Source: Macrostomum hystrix (taxonomy: Eukaryota > Animalia > Platyhelminthes). Taken from it: DNA of 64,000 nt. The DNA is taken from NCBI GenBank assembly GCA_950097015.1, contig CATNEN010000031.1, positions 992,001 to 1,056,000 on the forward strand, read 5' to 3'. This document shows, in pieces, positions 13,701 through 25,807 of this stretch; position 1 is the first letter of the stretch, and each line of letters starts with the position of its first letter. Position numbers and translations under genes: made by a program. Below the pieces are notes generated by a model. That model made no database searches and had not been told where the DNA came from. It was given only the letters and a program-made list of their open reading frames with translations.

Positions 13701-16700
13701 TTGGTGGACTTGCGTTGTGGCAGGCGGCTGACTATGGGTTGTCAATGGGCCTGATTTGTGTAGTGTAAGGTGGCGGAGTTGTGGGGTGTCAGGTGGCAGA
13801 TTTGTGGGGTGTCAGGTGGCGGATTTGTGGGATGTCAGGTGGCGGATTTGTGGGGTGTCAGGTGGCGGATTTCCGGGGTGTCAGGTGGCGGATTTGTGGG
13901 GTGTCAGGTAGCGGATTTGTGGGGTGTCAGGTGGTGGATTAGCGGGGTGTCAGGATGTGGATTCTTTGGGAACTAGGGAGTTTAGTCAAATCTGGGATTT
14001 GAATCAGTCCACAGAATTCTGATGGGTTCGTATTAGCATTTGTGGCTTTAAAAATAAAAATAGGAGCATTTTCCTTTAGCTTCTTCTTGCAAAGAAGGCA
14101 GGCTCCTGTTACCAGCAGCTGCTCCTAGAGGCAACAGAGGCACTTACAATCACCGGTACAAGGTTGTAATTAAGATCCTTTGGAGTCAAGCTGTCAATAA
14201 AGGCAAGCCTGCTGCCAATTGTTCCATCAAATGTGAAGAAGAATAGTGCACCTAAGCAGAGTTAGTAATGGCGACAGAGGAAGATAAAGGGACATTAAGC
14301 GCAACAGTGCAAATAATAGCGGGAGGAAAATCCAAACAAATACGAGACAATTAGTCCTGGGGCCATTGTTGCAGACTTTGATGTCGCGTGCAAATATTGT
14401 ACTCATATTTTTAGGGTATGAAAGAAACAAAAAAGAAATAGAAAAAAACAAGGCATGCGGTCATAAGGAGAGGTGCGATACCAGCTGCGATTCTAGCTGC
14501 GATGCCAGCTGCGATTCTAGCTGTGATGCCAGCTGCGATTCTAGCTATGATACCAGCTGCAATTCTAGCTACGATACCAGCTGCGATTCTAGCTATGCTA
14601 CCAGCTGCGATTCTATCTACGATACCAGCTGTGATTCTAGCTATGATACCAGCTGAGATTCTTGCTACGATACCAGATGCGATTCTAGCTACGATACCAG
14701 CTGCGATTCTAGCTATGATACCATCTGCAATTCTAGCTACGATACCAGCTGCGATTCTAGCTATGATACCAGCTGCGATTCTAGCTATGATACCAGCTGA
14801 GATTCTAGCCATGATACCATCTGCAATTCTAGCTACGATACCAGCTGCGATTCTAGCTATGCTACCAGCTGCGATTCTATCTACGATACCAGCTGTGATT
14901 CTAGCTATGATACCAGCTGAGATTCTTGCTACGATACCAGATGCGATTCTAGCTACGATACCAGCTGCGATTCTAGCTATGATACCAGCTGCGATTCTAG
15001 CTACGATACCAGCTGCGATTTTAGCTACGATACCAGCTGCGATTCTATCTACGATACGAGCTGCGATTCTATCTACGATACCAGCTGTGATTCTAGCTAT
15101 GATACCAGCTGAGATTCTTGCTACGATACCAGATGCGATTCTAGCTACGATACGAGCTGCGGTTCTAGCAACGATATTCTAGCTTTAAAGAGAATAAACT
15201 TAAAAGAACATTGCATGCACTATTGAAAATAATAAACAATGGTCACGACATTTTACCTTCCGGACAGATGTAATACGCAGGCAACATCAAATAGCATGTA
15301 AACAAGCTACTTTAAGTTTTAAAAAGTTGCTCGTTATACATGTCGACACAACGTTCACAAAAATAGACAACATAAAGAAAATGTGCACAACGATAACAAT
15401 AAGAGTTAGATGTTAAATACGTTTAACAGTAACGCCATGAAATGAGTATGTGACACAATGAACCTTCTCTTTACATGCATGCGTGTGAGCATGTTCCTGC
15501 AACATTTCTAACTGCGATTCCTGCAACGATTCTAGCTGCGATTCCTGGAACGATTCTAGCTGCGATTCCTGCGACGATTCTAGCTTCGACTATATATTTT
15601 TTCGTGACACAATCCTAAGCTCAACTTGTCAGATTAAACAACATACGAGGCAAACAAAATCCCATTAAGCAAAGCTAGAGATGGAATAATTCCAGATTTT
15701 TGAAGCTGAAAGCCGTTCACCAAGAAAATATGGAAAATGGCTTTCTAAAAAAACTATGCCTAGGTAGGCTTTGGACTACTAGTGTCTTACTATCGGCACG
15801 GCGTAGCTGTGCGCCACTCCAGTCTTCGTCATCGGCTCGTCATGCGGATGCAAGAAGAAGTTGAAGATTGCAACTGTGACAAAAGCAGATTATCGGTTAT
15901 TAGAATGCGCTCAATGGTTTCTTTTAAAATAGTCCACAACTTTTACAGATTCCATTTGAAAAAAAATCATGAAAGCCAAGTTGTAAAATTAGCTATAAGT
16001 ATTATTTAAACTGACGAATAAAATTTTGAAATGAATAAAAGGAGAATTAATTAAAACTTTTTTTGGATTATTGACACTTGCAGCACATTCTAAAAGTACA
16101 CGATTAATTCCATAAAAACGTTTCTTATATTAGAAGCTATACAAAAGCTATCAAACTCAGCATACAAAAGTTTTAAAACTGGATTATTTTTATGGCAGGC
16201 AGACTTTTCTAGCCTCATTGTTTTGAGACTATAGAAATATTAGCGACTAATTCTATGTACTAGTTAACATATTAAATACTTTCTGCTTGAACTGCTAGAA
16301 AACAGCTACTAGATCTAGAGATCCTTTCTGTTTTGAAAGGTACAAGATCTAGAGATCCTTCATGTTTTGAAAGGTACTAGATCTAGAGATCCTTCATGTT
16401 TTGAAAGGTACTAGATCTAGAGATCCTTCCTGTTTTGAAAGGTACTAGATCTAGAGATCCTTCCTGTTTTGAAAGGTACTAGATCTAGAGATCCTTTATG
16501 TTTTGAAAAGTACAAGATCTAGAGATCCTTCATGTTTTGAAAGGTACTAGATCTAGAGATCCTTTCTGTTTTGAAAGGTACTAGATCTAGAGATCCTTCA
16601 TGTTTTGAAAAGTACAAGATCTAGAGATCCTTCCTGCTTTAAAGGGTACAAGATCTAGAGATCCTTCCTGCTTTGAAAGGTACTAGATCTAAAGATTCTT

Positions 16701-19700
16701 CATGTTTTGAAAATTACAAGATGTAGAGTTACTTGCTGTTTTTGAAGGTACTAGATCTATAAACCCTTCTAGTTTTGAAGGTTCTAGATCTAGAAATCCC
16801 TCCAGTTTTGAAAGGTTTTGGATCTAGAAATCCTTCCTGTTTTGAACGGTCCTAGATGTAGAAATCCCTTAAGTTTTAAACGGTACTAGATCTAGAAATC
16901 CCTCCAGTTTTGAACGGTTCTAGATCTAGAAATCCCAACATTTTTGAAAGGTACTAGATCTAGAGATCCCTCAGTTTAGTATGGTACTAGATCTAGAGAT
17001 CCCTCAGTTTAGTATGGTACTAGATCTAGAGATCCCTCAGTTTAGTATGGTACTAGATCTAGAGATCCCTCAGTTTAGTATGGTACTAGATCTAGAGATC
17101 CCTCAGTTTATTATGGTACTAGATCTAGAGATCCCTCAGTTTAGTATGGTACTAGATCTAGAGATCCCCTCAGTTTAGTATGGTACTAGATCTGGAGATT
17201 CCTTATGTTCTAAAAAAGAGCTTAACCATAAATTTTTCCTGTTCCTACATCAAGGACTTGAGAACCTATCACTCGCTCCAATGTCATTGCGGCAGACCGC
17301 CATAATGTGAGCTGGTCCTGAGCTGGTCCTAGAAGCTCATCAAACATGAAAAATGTATTCTTTGACACAAATCACAAAGGCAAGCAATCAGAAGAGCAAG
17401 CCAGACCAAGCGCTTACCAATAGTGCAAACAATGACTAGTTTGCTAATGAATAAAACAAAGTCGGCCACTTTGTCAACAACGGCCACGCGAACAATATTG
17501 CGCAGGATTAGAAAGAATGAATCTCTGGCCGCCGAGCAGAAATTCCTGCCGTAGATGGCAATCTGAAAAGTGCAAATTGCCATTTAGAATAAGCGAGCAA
17601 TCACACTACTAACAGTATTCTAAAAACACTTTTCTTTAAGCTGAAAGACTTATCTAAACTTGTAGCCACTTTTATATCTAGAAAATGAAAATGTTTCCAA
17701 AAACTTTAACAAAATGCTGGCACTGTGTAATTTAGCAGGATGCGTAATTAAGGGAATTTGCGATTTGGTTCCATGTATAATCTAGGCTTTTAGATTTATA
17801 GATAGATTTTGTTAATTTATAAGGGTGTACAATATAGGGAATTTAGATTATGTAATCTATAAACTCTGCAATGTAATGTAGGGAATGTGCAATTTAGAAT
17901 ATTATGTAATCTATAAAATCTGCAATGTAATGTAGGGAATGTGCAATTTAGAAGAATGTGCGATGTAAGGAATGTGCAATATAGAACAATGTACAATGTA
18001 GGGAATGTGCAATGTAGGGAATGTGCAATTTAGAAGAATTTGTAGCCTATTAAATGTGCAATGTAGGGAATGTGCGATTTGGTAGAATGTGTAATCTATG
18101 AAATGTGCCATGTAGAGAATGTGCAATTTAGAAGAATGTACAATGTAGGGAATGTGCAATTTAGAAGAATGTGCGATGTAGGGAATGTGCAATGTATGGA
18201 ATACGCAATTTAGAAGAATTTGTAATCTATGAAATGTGCAATGTAGGGAACGTGCAAATTACGGAATATGTAAGCAAGGGAATGTGCAATTTATGGCATG
18301 TAAAGTATGAATTCACTGCGTGTGCAATTAAAACAATGTATTATATAAATTTCTAGTAAAGTTTCCCAGACAAGCTCACCAGTATGTAGGCGTTGCGATT
18401 TAGAAACTTCAGACATTTCTCTAGGCACCAGAAGCAGCACTTCAGACATTTGAAGAAGAACTGGCCAACCGGATTCTGACTGTTCTTCAATTTGTGATCC
18501 AGGTACTCTAGGCAGACTCGAATCAGTTGCACAATTGAAATTATCAGCGAGCCGAAAGCGATTGAGCCAAGGTGGTACCTAGAATTCGGTCACTGTTATC
18601 TAAAATAGACTGAAAAACACTACTAATCGCTACTGATAGTAGTCAGTTTCAGATTTACCGAATGCATCGCCAGAAGGAGTTCAGCAGCGGCATGGCCGGT
18701 ATGTCGTCCGGCTTCTTGTAGGCGAAATAGTAGGAGGCGAACGCACCGGCGAGGGTCATCTCGCACAGGGCGTCAACAAAGTTGAATAGCCAGAAGAACA
18801 TGAACACGTTGAATATCTGCATGTAGACTGAGAAGCTGCAACAGGTTCATTTAATTTAACTTTTTGGCAAGAAAGCTCACTTTGATATGCATATCGGACT
18901 ACTGTTAGTAGGAGGCCAAAGAGCCGCCTTAGTCACTTACGTATCGTCGCCGTATTTTAAGAAGCGACACACCGAACCGACAGCATTTGTGGCCTGAGGT
19001 GGGGTGTAAAAACTGAACGAATAGTTTTACGAGGCTCTGAAACATATCTAGGTAAAATGAATATATACTAGAGGGGCGAGTGACGAAGCGGCGACATGTT
19101 TGAGTCTCGCCCCAGATCTCTAAGCTCAAATCCGCGTCGAGGCGACTATGCGATTTTAGCTGCGATTCTAGCTGCGATTCTAGTTGCGATTCTAGCTGCG
19201 ATTCTAGTTGCGATTCTAGCTGCGATTCTAGTTGCGATTCTAGCTGCGATTCTAGTTGCGATTCTAGCTGCGATTCTAGTTGCGATTCTAGCTGCGATTC
19301 TAGTTGCGATTCTAGCTGCGATTCTAGTTGCGATTCTAGCTACGATTCTAGTTGCGATTCTAGCTACGATTCTAGCTGCGATTCTAGTTGCGATTCTAGC
19401 TACGATTCTAGCTGCGATTCTAGTTGCGATTCTAGCTGCGATTCTAGTTGCGATTCTAGCTACGATTCTAGTTGCGATTCTAGCTACGATTCTAGCTGCG
19501 ATTCTAGTTGCGATTCTAGCTGCGATTCTAGTTGCAATTCTAGCTGCGATTCTAGTTGCGATTCTAGCTGCGATTCTCATTGTTGCGATTCTAGCTGCGA
19601 TTCTAGTTGCAATTCTAGCTGCGATTCTAGCTGCGATTCTAGTTGCGATTCTAGCTGCAATTCTAGCTGCGATTCTAGTTGCAATTCTAGCTGCGTTTCT

Positions 19701-22700
19701 AGCTGCGATTCTAGTTGCGATTCTAGCTGCGATTCTAGTTGCGATTCTAGCTGCGATTCTAGTTGCGATTCTAGCTGCGATTCTAGTTGCGATTCTAGCT
19801 GCGATTCTAGCTACGATTCTAGTTGCGATTCTAGTTGCGATTCTAGCTGCGATTCTAGTTGCGATTCTAGCCACGATTCTAGTTGCGATTCTAGCTACGA
19901 TTCTAGCTGCGATTCTAGTTGCGATTTTAGCTACGATTCTAGCTGCGATTCTAGTTGCGATTCTAGCTGCGATTCTAGTTGCGATTCTAGCTACGATTCT
20001 AGTTGCGATTCTAGCTACGATTCTAGCTGCGATTCTAGTTGCGATTCTAGCTGCGATTCTAGTTGCGATTCTAGCTGCGATTCTAGTTGCGATTCTAGCT
20101 ACGATTCTAGCTGCGATTCTAGTTGCGATTCTAGCTACGATTCTAGTTGCGATTCTAGCTGCGATTCTAGTTGCGATTCTAGCTACGATTCTAGTTGCGA
20201 TTCTAGCTACGATTCTAGCTGCGATTCTAGTTGCGATTCTAGCTACGATTCTAGTTGCGATTCTAGCTGCGATTCTAGTTGCGATTCTAGCTACGATTCT
20301 AGTTGCGATTCTAGCTACGTTACTAGCCACGATTCTAGCTTAGTTGTCATGGGCCCGCACCCCCAGTCGACGGACTGAACAGCTGTACACAGCTGTTGTA
20401 TGCATTCAATAGCTGCGGCTGTGCCCACAAGTTGCTCATGTGCCCTAAGTAAGATTTTAGGCCCAGTGGAAAGAGTTTTTTGGCACGTCCAATTAGAGAA
20501 TTTTTTATTCAGAGTCGCAAAACTCACATTTGGATCGCAGGGGACTAGCCGATTGAGCATGGAATCGATGCGCTGCTTAGCCTGGTCTGTGCTAAATGCG
20601 CTAAAGTTGAAATCGACCAGATCCGTGTCGTTTTCCATCTGGCGCATAACCGGCTTTCCCATGCTGCTGATGTGCATGGCGGTGATGACAAAGAATACGA
20701 GAATGCCAAACTGTAGCACAAACGGCAGTAGGGGAAACACCAGGCAGGACATCATGTGGCTCAGGCATCTGCTAGTGTGAGCGATCAACGCAATGGCAAT
20801 GCAGATTCGCTGACGAAGCCAGATTAGCAGGAACAGAACAATGATGAGCAGGCTGCCGGAGGCGATGGCTAGAATCAGCCAGGTGCCAGACAGGTGCATA
20901 TAGTAGCCAAAGTCGAATGTGAGCTTGGTGTTCTTCTCCAGAGAGTCGGACTGGCCACGCAAGGTCACGTATTTGTAAATGGTGAAAGCGGTGGCGGCCG
21001 CAAACAGCAGTACAAACAGGCCAATGGATAGGATCACGATTGGCTTAGCTATGAAGCGCAGAAGCAGCACCCACAGCAGGCTGACAGCAACTGCCAGCAT
21101 GCAGCCGCCTATCATCCATTGCCAGGAGTTAACCACGTCCTCGAACAGGGCCTGCAGAACACATGGGTAAGCGTAGGCTGACTGTATGACTGCAAAAACT
21201 GTCTAAGCTGACTGTGTGAGTGCAATAACTGTCTAAGCTGACTGTGTGACTGCAATAACTGTCTAAGCTGACTGTGTGACTGCAATAACTGTCTAAGCTG
21301 ACTGTGTGACTGCAATAACTGTCTAAGCTGACTGTGTGAGTGCAATAACTGTCTAAGCTGACTGTGTGACTGCAATAACTGTCTAAGCTGACTGTGTGAC
21401 TGCAATAACTGTCTAAGCTGACTGTGTGACTGCAATAACTGTCTAAGCTGACTGTGTGACTGCAATAACTGTCTAAGCTGACTGTGTGACTGCAATAACT
21501 GTCTAAGCTGACTGTGTGACTGCAATAACTGTCTAAGCTGACTGTGTGACTGCAATAACTGTCTAAGCTGACTGTGTGACTGCAATAACTGTCTAAGCTG
21601 ACTGTGTGACTGCAATAACTGTCTAAGCTGACTGTGTGACTGCAATAACTGTCTAAGCTGACTGTGTGACTGCAATAACTGTCTAAGCTGACTGTGTGAC
21701 TGCAATAACTGTCTAAGCTGACTGTGTGACTGCAATAACTGTCTAAGCTGACTGTGTGACTGCAATAACTGTCTAAGCTGACTGTGTGACTGCAATAACT
21801 GTCTAAGCTGACTGTGTGACTGCAATAACTGTCTAAGCTGACTGTGTGACTGCAATAACTGTCTAAGCTGACTGTGTGACTGCAATAACTGTCTAAGCTG
21901 ACTGTGTGACTGCAATAACTGTCTAAGCTGACTGTCAGTGACTGGCATTGCCGTGAAAGAAGCTAAAAGTACCTGCAGGTAGCCGTAGACTTTGATAAAC
22001 CTGGCCATTGTGTTGGTGCCACGGCGCACAGTGTCAGCAATAATGGTGCGGTTATTGGCGCTAGTCAGGTTGCTAGGCAGGCTCTTCATGTCGCTAACTA
22101 GCTGGCCGCCTACGTCTTTGAGTACTTTGGGTAGGCAGCGGCCCAGCATGCTAACAGAGGGCAGGTTATAGGGCGCACAGATTCGCTTCCGAACAAGATC
22201 TCGAATGCTCATAGCCTGATACTCGGCCTCCATAGCGTTGCGGCCGTCTAAGCAGATCATTTGTTCGCGATTCGATTTCGAGATGCTTTTCGGCTGGCCA
22301 TTTAAATCACCGCCAGTCTCCAGTAGATGAGGCGGCAGCCAGGCCCAGAGTTGAGTTGGGCAGGCGGTAACGCACACCTGAGGTGTTGGACAGCCCAGCT
22401 GCACAGCGGCCAGGCCCATACGGGCGCATACGGTCAGGTCGAAGAATACTAGGCGGGTGCGGTTTCTGAGGGAATAGGAGCAGCCAGTAGAATGGCTTGT
22501 TTCATTTTTAATACCAGCAACCACAGGGTAATATAACCCTTCAATTATTTGGCTAGCTATTTTTTACGCTTGTATATTTTACTTACATAAGGTCCATTGG
22601 TAAGACTTAAGGTGTATTGGTAAGGCTTAATGTCGATTGGTAAGACTTAAGGTGCATTGGTAAGGCTTAAGGTGTATTGGTAAGGTTTAAGGTGCATTGG

Positions 22701-24586
22701 TAAGGCTTAAGGTGTATTGGTAAGGTTTAAGGTGCATTGGTAAGGCTTAAGGTGTTGGTAAGGCTTAAGGTGCATTGGTAAGGCTTAAGGTGTTGGTAAG
22801 GCTTAAGGTGCATTGGTAAGGCTTAAGGTGTTGGTAAGGCTTAAGGTGCATTGGTAAGGCTTAAGGTGTTGGTAAGGCTTAAGGTGCATTGGTAAGGCTT
22901 AAGGTGCATTGGTAAGGCTTAAGGTGCATTGGTAAGGCTTAAGGTGCATTGGTAAGGCTTAAGGTGCATTGGTAAGGTTTAAGGTGCATTGGTAAGGTTT
23001 AAGGTGTATTGGTAAGGTTTAAGGTGTATTGGTAAGGTTTAAGGTGTATTGGTAAGGCTTAAGGTGCATTGGTAAGGCTTAAGGTGTATTGGTAAGGCTT
23101 AAGGTGCATTGGTAAGGCTTAAGGTGCATTGGTAAGGCTTAAGGTGCATTGGTAAGGCTTAAGGTGTATTGGTAAGGCTTAAGGTGCATTGGTAAGGCTT
23201 AAGGTGTATTGGTAAGGCTTAAGGTGCATTGGTAAGGCTTAAGGTGCATTGGTAAGGCTTAAGGTGTATTGGTAAGGCTTAAGGTGCATTGGTAAGGCTT
23301 AAGGTGCATTGGTAAGGCTTAAGGTGTATTGGTAAGGCTTAAGGTCCATTGTTAAGGCTTAAAGTCCATTGGTAGGACTTCATAAAAAATGATTTGGTAA
23401 GTCTTAAGGTGCATCACTTTTGGTCGAATAAGGTTGCAGGCCATTGCCATCACATTGCATTGCATGTGAAAGATCCTAGTTCATTGAGCTAATGGCGAAA
23501 AATGTAAACGAATAGATAGGAAGCAGCACAGCATGATTGCAATGTAAACTTTTATAAACATTCTGCTTCGCTCTAGTTGGATATTGTATGCCTTCCGTAT
23601 TGTCACTCTCTATTGCTTTCTCTCTCTCTCTCTATCTACCCCAAACGCTTCGCGTGCGTTCGCTATCCCTGTAAGCGCTTAATTTCTAACCCTGGTCTAT
23701 TAAAGTTTTGTTAGAGGGTGGAATAGAGTAATAAGTGCCTAATATATGCCACTGTAGTAGCAAAATGCTATTTAAGTATGGTTCAAGTGTAATCGTTCAC
23801 AAATTAACAGCAGAAGTACCATGATTTGACAGTGATTAAATGTGCCTTAGCCTAAAATGTGGCATGGGTAGTTGTATAGTTCATTTAAATCAATACAGTT
23901 ATTATCTGATCTGTAAATGATAACTAGTAGGCCTACTACTAGGCTTACGAAAGAGAAAGCCGACATTGTGAACGCAGAGAGTCATATAAAATTGTGCATA
24001 GAGATCCCTTCCTAGTCCCTTCTAACCAAGGAGCATAACAAGCGGAAATACAGCTTGACCAGCAGATGATAAATTATCCCCTTGGCCCTATCCCAAAATC
24101 CCTTCCCATAGGGAAACTATCATAGTCGAAATGAGGATATTTTTATTGGAGGCCAAAATTACTACATGCGCTTACATAACATCGCGTCCACAGATCTGGC
24201 CATTGGAATCAGTCGGGTAGATTACGCGCCTGTAGTCGCCTCGAATGAATGCTGCAAGCATAGATAAATATAAATGTAATTTTTTAGGTGGATAGAAAAG
24301 TACTCTGAATTGCGAATTACTTACCCACGCCGGCAATTAGCAGCAGAAGGATGACACATGCCAGAAACAATTGGCAGCACACGATGTCCGTGCAAGATCG
24401 ATTTTCTATTGGTCCTTTGAAGTCTTTGTCGTGATCTCTGACCTTGTCTAGAAAAAAGAGGTTGTGATAGATTGAGTGTCAAGTTCCTTATTAAATGCCT
24501 CTTCAAAGGCATCTCTTGCATACTTAGAAAATAACGCACTTACTATAGTCAGTTTCATTCTTCTTGGTGCATGTTCCCTTTCCCAT
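10751..24586 (-). CDS. SLC44A: Choline transporter-like protein (SLC44/CTL family), 12 coding exons, ~760 aa
   Basis: Exons read by hand (minus strand, GT-AG): 24586-24544 ([14 protein letters not shown]), 24447-24325 ([17 protein letters not shown]), 24251-24176 ([18 protein letters not shown]), 22465-21973 ([20 protein letters not shown]), 21151-20528, 19012-18941 (CRFLKYGDD), 18835-18659 ([18 protein letters not shown]), 18578-18380 ([23 protein letters not shown]), 17562-17418 ([22 protein letters not shown]), 14251-14148 (DLNY), 11437-11353 (VDTMFLCF), 10893-10751 ([22 protein letters not shown]). All joins are in phase except 20528/19012, which is off by 1 nt. Confidence 0.93.
10925..11285. 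repeat. 28-bp minisatellite GGATCAGCTTGGTGGGATATGGGATAAT
   Basis: About 13 copies filling most of the last SLC44 intron. Confidence 0.95.
11852..11975. repeat. ~58-bp tandem duplication
   Basis: TGTGACAACAGATAACCATTT..GCAATGTTTTTAG occurs twice, followed by TGTGACAA. Confidence 0.85.
12520..13515. repeat. 23-bp minisatellite GTCAGACAGTAGATTCATAGGGT
   Basis: About 43 copies. Confidence 0.95.
13770..13960. repeat. ~23-bp minisatellite GGCGGATTTGTGGGGTGTCAGGT
   Basis: About 8 copies; shares GGGTGTCAG with the preceding array. Confidence 0.9.
14475..15185. repeat. 24-bp (2x12) minisatellite GATTCTAGCTACGATACCAGCTGC
   Basis: Tandem copies visible; source of the IPAAILAT-type ORFs. Confidence 0.95.
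15510..15590. repeat. Short array of the 12-bp GATTCTAGCTGC family
   Basis: GCGATTCCTGCAACGATTCTAGCT units. Confidence 0.8.
16305..17200. repeat. 34/33-bp minisatellite with palindromic core CTAGATCTAG
   Basis: 34-bp units at 16305-16970 grade into homogeneous 33-bp units at 16981-17190. Confidence 0.95.
17830..18310. repeat. Degenerate repeat (AATGTAGGGAATGTGCAATTTAGAAG)
   Basis: Recurrent AATGTGCAAT and TGTAGGGAAT blocks. Confidence 0.8.
19145..20345. repeat. 12-bp minisatellite GATTCTAG(C/T)T(G/A)C
   Basis: About 100 copies; source of the 415-aa and 394-aa pseudo-ORFs. Confidence 0.97.
21178..21935. repeat. Near-perfect 30-bp minisatellite GACTGTGTGACTGCAATAACTGTCTAAGCT
   Basis: About 25 almost identical copies filling SLC44 intron 21152-21972. 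Confidence 0.97.
22590..23410. repeat. 20-bp minisatellite GGTAAGGCTTAAGGTGCATT
   Basis: About 40 copies, with some 17-bp variants. Confidence 0.95.
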
Positions 24587-24959
24587 GCTATGATTTTTTT
24601 GCTTCTTTCAAGCAGACTGCTGAAAAAAAGTTTGCTAATTATGTTAGGTAAGGATTAACGAAGCAGGCATAATGTAGGTTAATCCTAACTTCATAATTGA
24701 TTACACCTGCCCCCATACATGCGCAACACCCGGCCGACCCGGCCGAACCGGCCAGGTGAAACGAGGGCCAAGCAAGGTAAGTCGCAAAAACCAATCGACC
24801 AAGCACAAAAAAATCAAAGGGGGGACCAAGGGACAAAAAAGGAAGGTGTGAAGAAAAGGAAAAAGGGGGAGAGAAAAAGAGAGCAAATGAGAGCAAACTA
24901 AGTCGTAAATAGAGCAATGAAATGAACTAAGTCGCAAATGAGAGCAAAAACTAAGTCGC

Positions 24960-25233
24960 ACGGCCGGCTAAGATTTGGGAGGTTGCGCATGTATGCCTGC
25001 CCCCATTTGGGTCACATGTGCAGCCAACACCACACCTACAGCTTGGGAGGACTGGGAGGAAGCCACACCCACCCTCAATTACCCCAGCTGATGATGGTAC
25101 CCATTTAATAGCTAGGTGAACTGAAACAATGTAGAGTTGCCTCTTGCTTAAGGACTCATATTGTTCTAGTGGACTAAGGACACCTACAACATTAAGTTGT
25201 GAGTCTGATGCTCTAACCACAAGGCTACAACCC
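24960..25233 (-). mobile_element. Degenerate tRNA-derived SINE with CORE-like segment
   Basis: The minus strand starts GGGTTGTAGCCTTGTGGTTAGAGCATCAGACTC (A-box, tRNA-like) and later reads GTCCTTAAGCAAGAGGCAACT..AAATGGGTACC, which resembles CORE-type SINE bodies. The B-box is degraded and the 3' boundary is approximate. Confidence 0.55.
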
Positions 25234-25807
25234 TTTAACTTTGTTCTTCTATTAACCTAATATTAAATTAATCCCTGCAAAAAATTTTATATAAAGAGTG
25301 AAAAATTAAAGATTTTCTCTTGTTTTAGTAGAAAAGAAAAATATATAAACTTGTTTAACTCCACTTTCTGGTTTTGCTTGTATTTAACAAAATATCTTCA
25401 TAGTGCAAATGTAATTAAAAACATTAAACAAATAATTAAATATGTGTGATAAGTTTAGGGCAAATGGGTGAATGTTTTTTTAATTGTTATTATTAGCTTG
25501 GCCACATAAACTATTGTCAAGAATAAAAATCTGCCTAGGGGCCTAGCCAAGCCATATTGCTAAAGATAGCTAACATAGTAAGCTGGCATAAATTCACAAT
25601 ATTTTTTCCTATTTTAGTCTGGGTGGTTGACAACCTGTTAAGTAGGCCTAGTATTAAAGCCAAGCCAATAAAAATAAGAAACACTGAAACTTGCTCTTTC
25701 TCCTCTTTAATTATTATAGGCCTAGGCCTATATCAACATTTCATTACCTTTAATCTCTAAGAGAAAGTGGAAATAACATATATTTGTAGCAAAAAACAGC
25801 AAATATC

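Noticed and set aside
19096-20343. 415-aa ILAA and 394-aa RIAA ORFs (and similar ORFs at 14411-15182)
   Set aside because: Translations of the 12-bp repeat inside SLC44 introns.
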